From Perna viridis (Eukaryota): DNA of 64,000 nt. The stretch lies in NCBI GenBank assembly GCA_037379345.1, contig CM074520.1:16719488-16783487 (forward strand). The letters run 5' to 3'. Position numbers and translations under genes: made by a program. Position 1 is the first letter of the stretch, and the number at the start of each line of letters is the position of its first letter. Shown here one piece after another: positions 12,297 to 23,983 of this stretch. The notes beneath the pieces are model-generated. The model was not told the DNA's origin. It saw nothing but the letters and a program-made list of their open reading frames with translations, and ran no database searches.

Positions 12297-13357
12297 AGCG
12301 CCCTAGACCACTACCCCATACATTGTGTACTAAGTTACAGCCCTAGATTAATCCTACGAGGAGAAATGACCCGGCCAGCGAAAGCTGGCCGAGTGGTCTA
12401 GGGCGCTGGACTTAGTGCAGGCGGTGTTGCCATAGATGTCACAGCAGTACGAGTTCGAGTCCCGCGGAGGGAACGACCAAAAATTTGCATCACAAATTTG
12501 ACAGTTCTAACATCGTTGGGAATTTTTCAGACCTTTCTATACGTTTATATATCTTCCCTGTATCAATTTGATCCGATGGAGCAGTGTAGCAAATAGAGTC
12601 GTCACATTCTGAGACTTTGTATAATATTGATTTGTTGTGACATGCATCATTAATTTGATCATCTATCCTACATAATAACATCTAAATGAACTATCCCGTA
12701 CCACCATACATCGTGTACTAAGTTACAGCCCTAGATTAATCCTACGAGGAGGAATGACCCGGCCAGCGAAAGGTATATTTTTATATAGCCTAGCTGGCCG
12801 AGTGGTCTAGGGTGCTGGACTTTGTGCAGGCGGTGTTGCCATAGATGTCACAGCAGTACGAGTTCGAGTCCCGCGGAGGGAATGACCGAAAATTTGCATC
12901 GCAAATTTGACAGTTCTAACATGGTTCGGAATTTTTCAGACCTTTCTATACGTTTATATATCTTCCCTGTATCAATTTGATCCGATGGAGCAGTGTAGCA
13001 AATAGAGTCGTCACATTCTGAGACTTTGTATACTATTGATTTGTTGTGACATGCATCATTAATTTGATCCTCTATCCTACATATTAACATCTAAATGAAC
13101 TGTCCCGTACCACCATACATCGTGTACTAAGTTACAGCCCTAGATTAATCCTACGAGGAGGAATGACCCGGCCAGCGAAAGCTCTATTTTTATAGAGCCT
13201 AGCTGGCCGAGTGGTCTAGGGCGCTGGACTTAGTGCAGGCGGTGTTGCCATAGATGTCACAGCAGTACGAGTTCGAGTCCCGCGGAGGGAACGACCAAAC
13301 ATTTGCATCGCAAATTTGACAGTTCTAACATGGTTCGGAATTTTTCAGACCTTTCTA
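12293..13357 (+). repeat. Tandem array (~2.5 units, periods 388 and 409 bp) of a tRNA-headed, structured SINE/retrozyme-like unit
   Basis: Anchor gtgtactaagttacagccctagattaatcc at 12325, 12713, 13122. A boxes TGGCCGAGTGG at 12386, 12795, 13204; B boxes GTTCGAGTCC at 12453, 12862, 13271. Head resembles tRNA-Leu (tggccgagtggtctagggcgctggacttag). Inverted 20-bp head copy at 12293-12312. Confidence 0.9.
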
Positions 13358-13381
13358 TATATATATATATATATATATATA
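13356..13381. repeat. (TA)n microsatellite at the array/PLE junction
   Basis: Direct reading. Confidence 0.95.
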
Positions 13382-13390
13382 CAAGCTTGC

Positions 13391-13987
13391 AGTCAGCCTC
13401 TTATCTTGACCTACACTACACTTAGAAATCGATGGTAAGGAAAACTATTGACTACACTTTACGACAAACGTGATGACTTTTCATTCAGAATTGTCAACTT
13501 TCCTTTCATCTGTGGCAACATCCCTTCAGCACCTGAGTATGGAGTGTTCATATCACAACTCATACGTTATGCCAGAGCTTGCCGAAACTACGCAGAGTTT
13601 TTGTATGGCGCTAGAACTCTAACAAATAGGCTTCTGGAACAGGGTAATGTTGCTACAAGATTGACGTCATCACTACAGAAGTTCTATGGTCGCCATCATG
13701 AATTCGTGGATCGTTATGGTGTATCCATCTACACCATGAAAACTGATTTATTCAACGGGTCATAGTTTTCCTTTCCTCGTTTGTCTACCCCGGACTTGAC
13801 TTTTTATGAGCAATTCGGCGGGTGTTTCTAGAAAAGCAGAGGACGCTTACCTTACTTTTTCTTTGTATGTATGATTTGAGTTACTGTATGTTCTTTGTTG
13901 TGTATGTCTGTTTTCCATGTCGGGTCTTTGTACCTGAAATACATTCGTTTGATTACTGCTATAACCTTGGTTCCCTTGACTACTCTT
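13391..13987 (+). mobile_element. PLE copy D (RT thumb plus 3' UTR with internal deletion)
   Basis: ORF 13448-13765 LYDKRDDFSFRIVNFPFICGNIPSAPEYGVFISQLIRYARAC...TDLFNGS*; ends cccttgactactctt. Confidence 0.88.
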
Positions 13988-15004
13988 CCAATGACTACGG
14001 CAATGTACTATCTTGTTCGTTTTAATGAAATACAACATATATATAGGTGGATATAAAGGAAACATTGTAATATAATTCTGCAAAACATTGTGCTTGATAT
14101 TTTAGAGAATTCATCTGGTTACGAAATTCCAGAATAACTTTCATTAGTTACGTTTCAAACCATGAGAATATTTCTGATCAACCGAAGATACCGTTATTGT
14201 GGATAGACTTCGAAACTTGATATTTTTGCTCACAGAAGAAGCTAGTTCTTGAGGACTAGGAAATTAGAAACAAATGTGAAATCAATATTTAGTTCATTTG
14301 TTACAATTGCCTATTTGTTAGAAACGTCGAGGAAATGTTTGAGTTGTTTGAAAACAAATTGTTGCCCTTGGTGTAAAAATCAATTTCAATTTTGTTTTCG
14401 TTTGAAGTATACAACAGCTTGATCATTGAACAGGATGGGTTTATCAATCCTTTAGTTTGAACATTTATTGTAAAAACTCGGGGGAAAAAACACTTTCTCC
14501 ATCTGTGCTTGATTATTTAGATATTTTATAGATGAAAAAAAAAAACGACCGGAGTGTCAATAAACGCTACTTAGTCAATGCATATCAATACAAATCTACA
14601 TATATTAACAACATTTTAAGGTTGCAATTGGATCTAAAATGAAAAAGTACCATGTACTAATTGATATAGCATTAAGCAAGGTTGATTCATCTTAGTAAAT
14701 TACCCGATGAAGCCATTGTTCAAGATAAAATCGACGGGTGTAGAAAAGCAGTGGACGCTTATCTTTATGACGCAACTGGTTCATGCTCCCAGTTGTTAAT
14801 GAATTTTTGGTTGGTTAGTATTTGTTTTTTTGTGTATTATTTGGTAATTAATTTTATGTTCTTTGAAATGTGTATCTATTTCCTCTGTCTAGTCAATACC
14901 CCTGGATTTTTACCATTTAAATCCTATTTCCTCTGATTTCTATTTAAAAATAATGATAGATATCGACGGTTTAATCAACTATTCTGAATATGTTTAAACC
15001 GGTT

Positions 15005-15112
15005 TTCGGAGTTTCATGATTAGATATCATACTTCATAGTGAAATGATCGATATGTGATTCGGAGATTCATGATTAATTATCATAATTCATGACGAAATG
15101 ATAGACTTGTGA
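15005..15112. repeat. 54-bp direct tandem duplication
   Basis: ttcggag.ttcatgatta...gaaatgat.ga..tgtga occurs twice (15005, 15059). Confidence 0.75.
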
Positions 15113-15129
15113 TAGACCTACATTATTAT

Positions 15130-15430
15130 CAAATAAGTGTAAAATCTGTACGAATCAAGCAAAATGGGAAAACCAGAAACATGCATGTCAACAACCCACA
15201 GTTTTGACAATACATATCACCAAATGATGGTAAAAATACCACTATTTGATCTCTGTGTCACTGGTTTTGTTCAGAAATTATAACTCAATTTACCAAAATC
15301 ATATGAAATATCTTTATATTTTACCTTGATTCTGATAGCTCAAATATTCAAATTATACTTTCAAAACGGTGGGTTTTTCGATATCATGTTTTAACCACAG
15401 CCTGATTTTACAGAGACTGACACTTAATTC
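15130..15430. mobile_element. Old fold-back MITE upstream of the DUF229 coding exon
   Basis: Degenerate inverted repeats aagtgt..ctgta..aatcaagc / gcctgattttacaga..gacactt and aacccacagttttgac / ttcaaaacggtgggtt; absent from the 6645-8352 duplicate. Confidence 0.5.
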
Positions 15431-16160
15431 TGAATGACTAACACAGAAAACAAAGGCACCAATACTACAGCGCGACCAATATAGGCTTACACAATGTAAT
15501 TATGGTATCACTAATACCGCTTAAAACATTTTCGTTAGCTTATGGTCATATATATGTAAATGTACATTCTAAATTAGTTGATATATAACGGGTAAAACTC
15601 CATTAAACCTCACTGGCAAAATTTTGTTATTTTGAGAAGGCATAGCATTCTCTGAGATAGTTTGTGTTTTAAGTTGAACATGTTTTTCTTTGAATAATTA
15701 TTTTATTTTGTTGAAAAAAAAACAAGGGTTCCAAAGAAAATAGAAATCATTTTGTGTTAGATTGCGGCAAAAATTACATTAAAACTCATACATTGATCTC
15801 ATAAATTAAATTCAGTAGAATGCGCTGTTGCAAAAAAAAATATTCTGCATATTCAATAGTGCAAGAAAAGTGCTTGAAATTGAGTATGATGATTTTGTGA
15901 ACAATTCAGTTATGTCTTGATAAACTTCATATTGAACAATCAAAGACAAGTTTACAGTTGATGAATGAATCATACCCTGCCCAAAGAGACAAAAAACTAA
16001 CAGAACAAAAACAAAACAAAACACACATAAACAACAAACCAAAACTCAAGTAGATGAGTTTAAAGCTTAATCACAAAATTGTATGTTAGGTTATAAAATA
16101 CATTTGTGAAGATTTTCCGGTATGCATTTTTTTCGTGCATAAAATAATGAATTGACAGTT

Positions 16161-16178
16161 TTTTTTCCTTTTTTGTAG
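16161..16178 (+). promoter_or_regulatory. Probable splice acceptor (polypyrimidine tract + TAG) ahead of the DUF229 coding exon
   Basis: ttttttccttttttgtag ends 21 nt before the first ATG. Confidence 0.55.
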
Positions 16179-16199
16179 ATTTATGTTCAGCAAACAGAT

Positions 16200-18200
16200 A
16201 TGAAATTAATGATTCATGAATTATACAAAACAGAACGAAACGGAATGAAGAACTCGTATATATGTGCTTCTAAAATGAACACAAAAACAAACCTTGTTCT
16301 TTTCATTGTCTTCAGCAGTAGTTATATATTTATATACTACACTTTGTTTATATATTCACCAAATATAAATTTGTCGAATAAAATAAAGAACCCAAGACAT
16401 AGTCTATTACTAGACACTGTTGGGTGTAAAATTCCAAAATTGGATCCATTCGACGTAAATATCAAAAAGTATTTTCTCTCGAAAGGCAAGAGACTAGAGT
16501 GTGCATACAAACACGATATACTTTATACTGATGGCAACAAAATAAAAATAAATCGGAATTCTCTAGCCCGTCGACTCAAGTTGAAAAACTGTCGATATAA
16601 AGTGATATGGAGACCAACCAATATTGCAACTGATCATAATTACTTCATTCTCGGCAACCAAAGTGAACCATTTAAAGACAACCAAGTGATTAATGACGAC
16701 TTCATTAAAGTAACATGCTTCAACGATAAAAACATTTCAGTTTACAGAAATGCGTTTTCTTTTATACATAAAAAAGCTGCTGTTGAGAGACGCTGCATGG
16801 AAGTCTTCAAGCAATTTAAAAATTCCTCTGACTTTATCAACGTATTAATGATCGGTATTGATTCTGTCTCGCGAAGTAACATGATTCGGTACATGTCAAA
16901 GTCGAGGGAATATCTTCGGAAAGAAATGGATGCACTTGAATACGTTGGGTACAATAAAGTTGCTGATAATACGTTTTTGAATATTGTTCCAATGACGGCT
17001 GGGAAGTTCGTTCATGAACTCCCATGGAATGCAACAATGACAGAAGAAACATTTGATAAATTTGAATTCATTTGGAAAAAGTTTTCAGAAAATGGATATC
17101 GAACATTATATAGCGAGGATGCACCAAATGGACAAGTATTCGACTACGAGAAGGCCGGATTCAGCAAACCTATAGCAGATTATTTCGACCGACATTACTC
17201 GGTTGTATTAGAACACATGAAAGACGTATGGAATACCGATCATCAATGTGTGCATGCTAGACCTGAAACAAAGATAAAGTTAGATTACACAAAACAATTC
17301 GTTAAGACATTCGCAAATTCGCCATTTTTTTCGTTTACGTTCAATACAAGATTAACACATGATATACTGGAGAATGCATATGCAGCTGATGAACTGTACC
17401 TTAATTTTTTCAAAGATATACACGAAGGGTCTTATTTGAAAAACACATTTTTGATATTTTTCAGTGACCATGGGATAAGGTTTGGTAACTTTCGTCAAAC
17501 ACATATAGGGAAAATGGAAGAGAGATTACCATTTTTGTTCATTGTTGTTCCTCAATGGTTTAAATATAAATATACAAATTTTTATAATAGCTTGAAAAAA
17601 AATACAGAGCGGCTTGTGACACCATTCGATATATACGAAACTTTGGTTCATCTTCTGAACATTACAAAATACAAAGATGATTCATTTGGACGGAGCCAGA
17701 GTTTATTCAGTTCTATTCCAACCGAAAGAACCTGTGCACAAGCCGGAATTCTTCCTCATTGGTGCACATGCCTTAATGAAGAAACCGTTTTGGATTTGAA
17801 AAACAAGTTTGTTAAACAAATCGCAAAATCATTTGTCGAAAGCATTAATAAACAACTCCACAATTACACTCAATGTAATCGACTAGAATTAAAAACAGTT
17901 AGAGCAGCTACCAAGTTTTTGCCCTCTGATTATATTTTGAAATACATTAAGACATCACACATGAGACACAAATCCGAAATCAAATTTGGAAAAAGAGTCC
18001 AGGCAAATGTACACTACCAGATTGTGATACAAACTACCCCAGGGGATGGTATATTTGAAGTGACAATGGAATACTCGGAAGCAAGCAGATCTATTAAAAG
18101 GGTTGGAGACATCAGTCGTATAAATATGTACGGCAAAACTTCTCATTGTGTTGAGGGCATTGATTTAAAGAAAATATGTTATTGCAAAGGACAAATCTGA
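16200..18200 (+). CDS. DUF229-family (alkaline phosphatase/sulfatase superfamily) type II membrane protein, single coding exon; true start may be a downstream Met such as MNTKTNL
   Basis: Intact 666-aa ORF; N-terminal hydrophobic anchor LVLFIVFSSSYIFIYYTLFIY; motifs NVLMIGIDSVSR, YNKVADNTFLN, LTHD, FFSDHGIRFG, EERLPFLF, RLVTPFDIYETL, RTCAQAGILPHWCTC, and C-terminal SRINMYG...CYC. Confidence 0.92.
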   Translation: MKLMIHELYKTERNGMKNSYICASKMNTKTNLVLFIVFSSSYIFIYYTLFIYSPNINLSNKIKNPRHSLLLDTVGCKIPKLDPFDVNIKKYFLSKGKRLECAYKHDILYTDGNKIKINRNSLARRLKLKNCRYKVIWRPTNIATDHNYFILGNQSEPFKDNQVINDDFIKVTCFNDKNISVYRNAFSFIHKKAAVERRCMEVFKQFKNSSDFINVLMIGIDSVSRSNMIRYMSKSREYLRKEMDALEYVGYNKVADNTFLNIVPMTAGKFVHELPWNATMTEETFDKFEFIWKKFSENGYRTLYSEDAPNGQVFDYEKAGFSKPIADYFDRHYSVVLEHMKDVWNTDHQCVHARPETKIKLDYTKQFVKTFANSPFFSFTFNTRLTHDILENAYAADELYLNFFKDIHEGSYLKNTFLIFFSDHGIRFGNFRQTHIGKMEERLPFLFIVVPQWFKYKYTNFYNSLKKNTERLVTPFDIYETLVHLLNITKYKDDSFGRSQSLFSSIPTERTCAQAGILPHWCTCLNEETVLDLKNKFVKQIAKSFVESINKQLHNYTQCNRLELKTVRAATKFLPSDYILKYIKTSHMRHKSEIKFGKRVQANVHYQIVIQTTPGDGIFEVTMEYSEASRSIKRVGDISRINMYGKTSHCVEGIDLKKICYCKGQI

Positions 18201-19127
18201 TTATTGTACAAACTATCTCTTTTTTTCCTCAATGCGGTTCTATGGTCAAGATTGAAACATTGAAAAGATATAAATACCACTATCATATCTTGATGACTTT
18301 CAATAGTTTTAATTTGTCTGTAAATTGTAAAGGTTCTGATCTTTACGTGTATGGTGCCGGATAAATCATATACCAGAGTATTTAAGGTTACATGGAAGAA
18401 AATGGTGTTTAACTTTTGTTTTGCCGTAGCTCGGAAGCTCTACATATGCAGAGATCTGTACAACAGATGGAAAGTTAACAGTTTTCATGGAATTAAGATT
18501 TATATGGCAGAGACACAGATCGACGAGGACCAATTCGCTCACCGTGTCATAGTTTACATGATTTGCGTCTACTTGTGCAGTTTTTTTTTTTTAAAAACTC
18601 GGCTAATGATTCTTGAAAAGAAGAGACCACTCACCCTACAGTTGAATGTGGTCATTCTACAAGTGTTTTTGAATGAAATTGAGATATATACAAGGTTATA
18701 ATTTACGAATAATTGCGTTTATAGTACTAATTGTATGTGTAATACGGGATTAGACGTCTTGAAATATATTTTGTTTCATTGTGTTTTCTTTTACTTCAAT
18801 ATTTTGTTTGTACCGTAGTCATTTTATTACATCTAAAGATCTTCAACATATACTGAAAGATACTTACAAAGAAAATTTTTAGTTTATGATGATAATTACA
18901 ATGTATTAATTTACCTAAAAACCGACATGAAGTAAATGAATGTGTATGGGTATGTTTGTGTGTGTTTGAGGGGGGACGGTTGATCCTCTTATACCACTAT
19001 CTCACTTACGATACACTTGTAAAATATTCAGCTTTTCTATGGATCAGGCTTCATCTATCTTTTCCCAATATTTCGTATTGGCCTAGGACAATATGCCGTA
19101 TTGGACTAGTTAGTCAATAAAAGCATA

Positions 19128-19231
19128 ATTGCGTATTAGCTGAGTTATTGGTCCTCTGCTAGCAATGTTTAAATTCGGCTACGCATCAGTTAAATATGGC
19201 TAGCCTCAGACCAATAACTGTGCCAATATGC
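19128..19231. mobile_element. Short palindromic element (Crypton-type MITE-like hairpin)
   Basis: gcgtattagctgagttattggtc..gctagc.atgtttaa / ttaaatat.gctagc..gaccaataact..gccaatatgc around a central cggctacgcatc loop. Confidence 0.5.
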
Positions 19232-21320
19232 AAAACCTTACGCATTTTCTTGTGTGTTTACGGAAGGAGGTAGCCACGTAGTCAAGTGCTAGATGAGCTT
19301 GAATGGTCTATTCAAATACATTGGATATTAGCCGCAGCACGTGTCTATGCCTTTATTTCTATAACAGCGTGGCTAATGCAAATGTACTATTACTGCTAAC
19401 ACAGTAGCGGCAATAATACTGTAAATGCATACATATTTAAAAATATTATCGAACACATAACAAACATTCTTTATATACAACTTTTATTACTATTAATAAA
19501 ACGTAATTAGTTTTCGGCCAGATTCGAATCCTTTGAATTATTGTATATATTTTTAAAAATAAATCACCAGCAGTGTCTACGTATACATACATGGTCCTTT
19601 TCTTTCTGTATTATGGAACGGGGCAAACCGTGGAATCGGGTATTACCGGTAATTTAATAGAAATAGATTATGTACCTGTCTTAAAATCAAATAGAACGAT
19701 TACTTAAGTATAACTGTCGTACAGGATACTTTGTGATTGGGGTAGAATGGCGTATCATAAGACCTTCCCAGTTTCCATCATTTCAAAAAATTAGCTGGTC
19801 AACCTGCCTGACTAATCGCATTTTGATGTTTCTACCAAACAAAAAATACCACAAACATCACAAGTTATTGAAAGTTTATGTAAATATCTAATAAATTAAT
19901 ATTCTCTTCACAACTTAACTTGAAGTACACTTTTTATTAATTTCGTAGTGATTTTCACATGGTCGTCTGGAACTACTGTACCCATTGATAAACCGGAAAA
20001 CTTACTGGTCCGTAGTTCGACTTTATCATTTACAATCTGTGTTTTGCAAGAGATTTGTTTCATTTGTTTCTTTGGTCCATCAAGATTTTTCGCGTGGAGA
20101 GAAATGTTTGATCTGATCTAACTCATTATGAAGTATGAGCGTGGGCCGTAGGTACGCTCATGTTGAATTTTAACTTTTACTCAGAAAATGGGCACAATTT
20201 TCACGATTTTCTACGAACAACGTTATAATAAATGCCACCTATGTTCATGTATGACTATATTTTACGTACACTGGTGTCATATATTAAAGCACTCGTGGTT
20301 GGGCTATATAAGACGTACAATTGATTTAGTAATATCCGTCTTTCAAAATTTTCCAAAAAGGGAGGCCCACCCAATACCTTACCATATCTGGTCCTCTACC
20401 CCATAGAGGTCCTGCTTTAAAATTGAGATATCTCTCTTTATTGTAAGAAATTGGCTTACATTCATCCAGTGTCAATAATTGCTAATTTCTAAATTTGATA
20501 TATCTGCTAGACTAAGAGAGTAGCGCCATGAGTTGTCCTAGGCAGGTGTTTATCAAGCAATTGTTGTTATCTGCGCTTCAAAAGTTTAACTGTTTTATTG
20601 TCGTCATCACAATTCGGTTAACCGATTTAAGTTCCTCTCTTTCAGATGCAACAATATATCATCAGTAAATTAGAACCGTTTTGACAGCCAAAAGAATCTA
20701 CTGTCTTACCGATTTTTATTACTTGCAAAAGTAATCCAAATGGTTCAATTCTTGTAGAAACATGTGAAATGACCATTATAATGGAAACAGAAACTGGATT
20801 GTGGTCGAAGATTTGAAGGAGTAAATCTTGATATGAGGGTGACAAGCTATTACCTAAGCGGCGCCCAAAAACTAAACTTTACTCTTAAAGCACTTTGTTG
20901 ACTCAAATATGTCATCTCATAAACACCTGGTACTTTAGCACATCAAAGCTTGGAACAGCTTGAGTCTGTCTAAGAACATTTGAACTGTAAATGGCGTCAT
21001 CAGTTTCGACGACTTGTTTGGAATCACCATGGAAGTTACGAATATTATCAAGGCTATGTACTGTTGACGTTTTACATTTAAATGCTTGAGATATAAAGAG
21101 CACCAAATGCTATTACCAACTATTGTTTGTAAAATATATAACCAGACTGATTAGGTGACACATCAGTGGTAATACATATGATCTTTTTATACAGTAATTG
21201 TGCACAATTATGGAAGAGGGGGTTCAACGCGGTATAAAACATTGATTTACCCACCTTTCATTTTACAAATGCCTGTATAAGATTTGGATCATTTCGGTGG
21301 TATCAAACTTTTGGTTTTTA

Positions 21321-22791
21321 CTGGCCACTACACTCTCCAAAGAAGAGATAGTGGATAACCATATATCTGTGCTATCCTCTTTTATTTTCTCTACCGAAGA
21401 CGATGATTGTGATTAACTGTCTTTGTACTGGATTCCTAAACTCCACAATAATCCACACAAACAACGTTACATAGCTGAATCTCTACCACCAAACCTCTTT
21501 TAAAAATTAATCTTCTATACTCACAGCTGTCAATGGGGGTCTCAAGTCTTACCACAACACTTATTACTCCCGTAGTGGTATTAATTCAATGTGGATCCTG
21601 AAAAAATTCGAAAGCTCTTTTGGAGACCCTCAATTCAAGATTATTATCAGAATATAATAACATTAAAACCACCTATGATTGTTGAACATTGTATACTTCT
21701 ATTCCCCATACTCAGTTAAAATCCCGACTCAAACGCATTATACATCGTCGTGTCTCAAAAAAGATGGTACACCTAGATACATATGTATAGGTCTTGGTAG
21801 AGAATTTTCATAGTTTGAAAAACATAATTCCAAATTACCAAAGATGTTTTCAAAAAGCTGGAATTGTTGACCCACAACTTATTTGTCCAGTGTGGTGTAC
21901 ACGTTTTTCGGTATTCCAATGGGAACAAAATGTGCTGTTATACTTGCTGACCTATTCTTACTTTTTTAAGGCTGACTTTATAGCTGATCTGATAATAAAG
22001 AAAGAACATCGTTAAGCTAGATCCTTTAATTTAGGTTTCCGCTATATAGATGACGTGCTATCGTTAAACAAACCTAGTTTCGTGAATTTGATACATCGCA
22101 CCTACCCCAAAGAACTTGAGATAACAGCTATCACATACACTGTGGGCAGCTCCATATCTTGTCTTACCCTTAGAGAATGAGTGTAAAGGAACATTATTGA
22201 CAAAAGTTTAAGACAAACGTGATGACTTTTCGTTCAGAATTGTCAACTTTCCTTTCATCTGTGGCAACATCCTTTCAGCTCATGCGCATGAAGTTTTCAT
22301 ATCACCACTCACACGTTATGCCAGACCTTGCCGTAACTATCCAGACTTTTTGCATCGCGCTAGACTCCTTACAATTGGCCTTGTGGAACAGGATTATGTT
22401 GCTACAAGATTGAAGTAGTCACTACAGAAGTCTTATGGTCGTCATCACCAACTCATGGATCTTTACGGTGTATACATCTGCAGCATGAATACCGATTTGT
22501 TCATTGTGTCAGTTTTCCTTTCCTCTTTCGTCTACCCCGGGACTGGACTTTTTATGAGCAACTCGTTGGGTGTTTCTAGGAAAGCAGAGGATGCTTACCC
22601 TCCGGTGCACCTGGTCCATGCTCCCAGTATTTGGTTGAGTCTGGGTTGCTTATTTACTTTTGTTTATTTGTATGTATTATATTAGTTACTTTATGTTCTG
22701 CGTTGTGTTGGTCGGTTTTCCATGTCTGGTCGTTGTTTCTGGATTATATGCTTTTGTTTTCCTCTGGAATCTATGTATCCTTGATTACTCT
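21321..22791 (+). mobile_element. PLE copy E (degenerate full RT region plus 3' UTR)
   Basis: YWIPKLHNNPHKQRYIA, YSRSGINSMWILK, RYIDDVLSLN, DDFSFRIVNFP across frameshifts; 3' end ccttgattactctt. Confidence 0.88.
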
Positions 22792-23919
22792 TATGCATTG
22801 CTTTGTGAAGAAAATTGTAAAGCAAACTACCAGTTTTGTATAAATTTCCATTAAATCTCATATCTTCAGTGCTAAATCCCTGAACCTAGAATCGTGTTGA
22901 CTATCATAATTATTATATACTAATGTATTATTTCTCAAGTTTTATATACTATTCGTCATACCTTTCTGGTAATTTTGATAATATTTTTTGTATGTGTGTT
23001 GTTCGACCGCAAAAAAAGTATACACATTAAATGGTATACAATAGCATATGGTAATATATATAAAACAAAAGTTTATTTACAGTTTATTACATCTGAATCT
23101 GAAGAACATTGGTTCTCATCAGAGGTTTAAGATCTTACATTTCGCAGAACAGCAGAAAAGCACGGTCAAAAATATGGCGACGCAAGTTTTCAAAATCATG
23201 TGACAAATGACTACAGAATGGTGATACCTCAAAGAAGATATTATGTCTGCGTTTTCCAGACTGACCCCTTGTCAAAAACTCGCGAAATGAAAATAACGAT
23301 ATTTAAAGTTTTAGATTTTGAAACACTTAGGTTATTTCATACAGTGAAAGACCGATATATTTCTGTGCTGCAGTGTATGTTTAACACACGGAGAGGTGTA
23401 GAGTACTAAATTTCAATTTAGACAGCAGGGGAGGCAACTGTGTTCGGACGTGTCAGTACAATTGTGACACAATAAGTATTTATTGTATTTTGACGCCTCA
23501 CCTGTGTATACAACACAAAAGGATTTGATGAAAAATTTTTATTAGATTTCCACTTACTAATAAAACCACCCCTAAGAATTCATACAAGCTATATTAAAAA
23601 CCATTGGTTTTTATGATGGGTTCAACCTTCAGCACTGTAACCAATAGGTGAAATATTGGTATGATTGTCAAATTCAATGCGTTTCCAGAATTTAGAATTA
23701 AGAAAAAAATCAAATATATTCCATTTAACTTTTGTCTGGCAACAAGCAATGGAAAAAATGTTTTCACATTATATACCTAAATTCTGAAGTTATGATTAAA
23801 TGCCTATAGATTCATGTTCAAGGAGAGCAAAATGGAGCAATTACCTTTGCTTTAGACATATCACCATATGCTATAGTTGACCATTTAATGTGTCTTTGGT
23901 TTCAATCATTGTCATGAAT

Positions 23920-23983
23920 AAACAAAAACAAAAAAAACAAAAACAAAAACAAAAACAAAAACAAAAAAAAAAACAAAAAAAAA
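23920..23983. repeat. A-rich (AAAAAC)n simple repeat
   Basis: Direct reading; explains the spurious KQKQ/FCFC ORFs. Confidence 0.9.

Noticed and set aside
12490-13090. Repeated 63/80-aa minus-strand ORFs
   Set aside because: Antisense by-products of the repeat unit; non-ATG starts, differing stops, no recognisable domain.
13197-13292. Functional tRNA-Leu(TAG) genes in the tandem array
   Set aside because: A/B boxes are present, but the acceptor stem does not pair, the T stem has two mismatches and the anticodon stem is broken; tRNA-derived, not a tRNA.
12312-13357. Canonical hammerhead or HDV ribozyme in the repeat unit
   Set aside because: No CTGANGA on either strand. The minus-strand tcc-tcctcgta-gga resembles HDV P3/L3, but no matching P1/P2 could be built.
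16742-18146. Short antisense ORFs inside the DUF229 CDS (similar ones overlap the GPCR)
   Set aside because: Shadow ORFs of real coding sequence with no independent support.
20188-21106. Possible decayed coding region (several short ORFs, a ISFDDLFG peptide on the + strand)
   Set aside because: No consistent frame or recognisable domain could be assembled by eye; would need tBLASTx.
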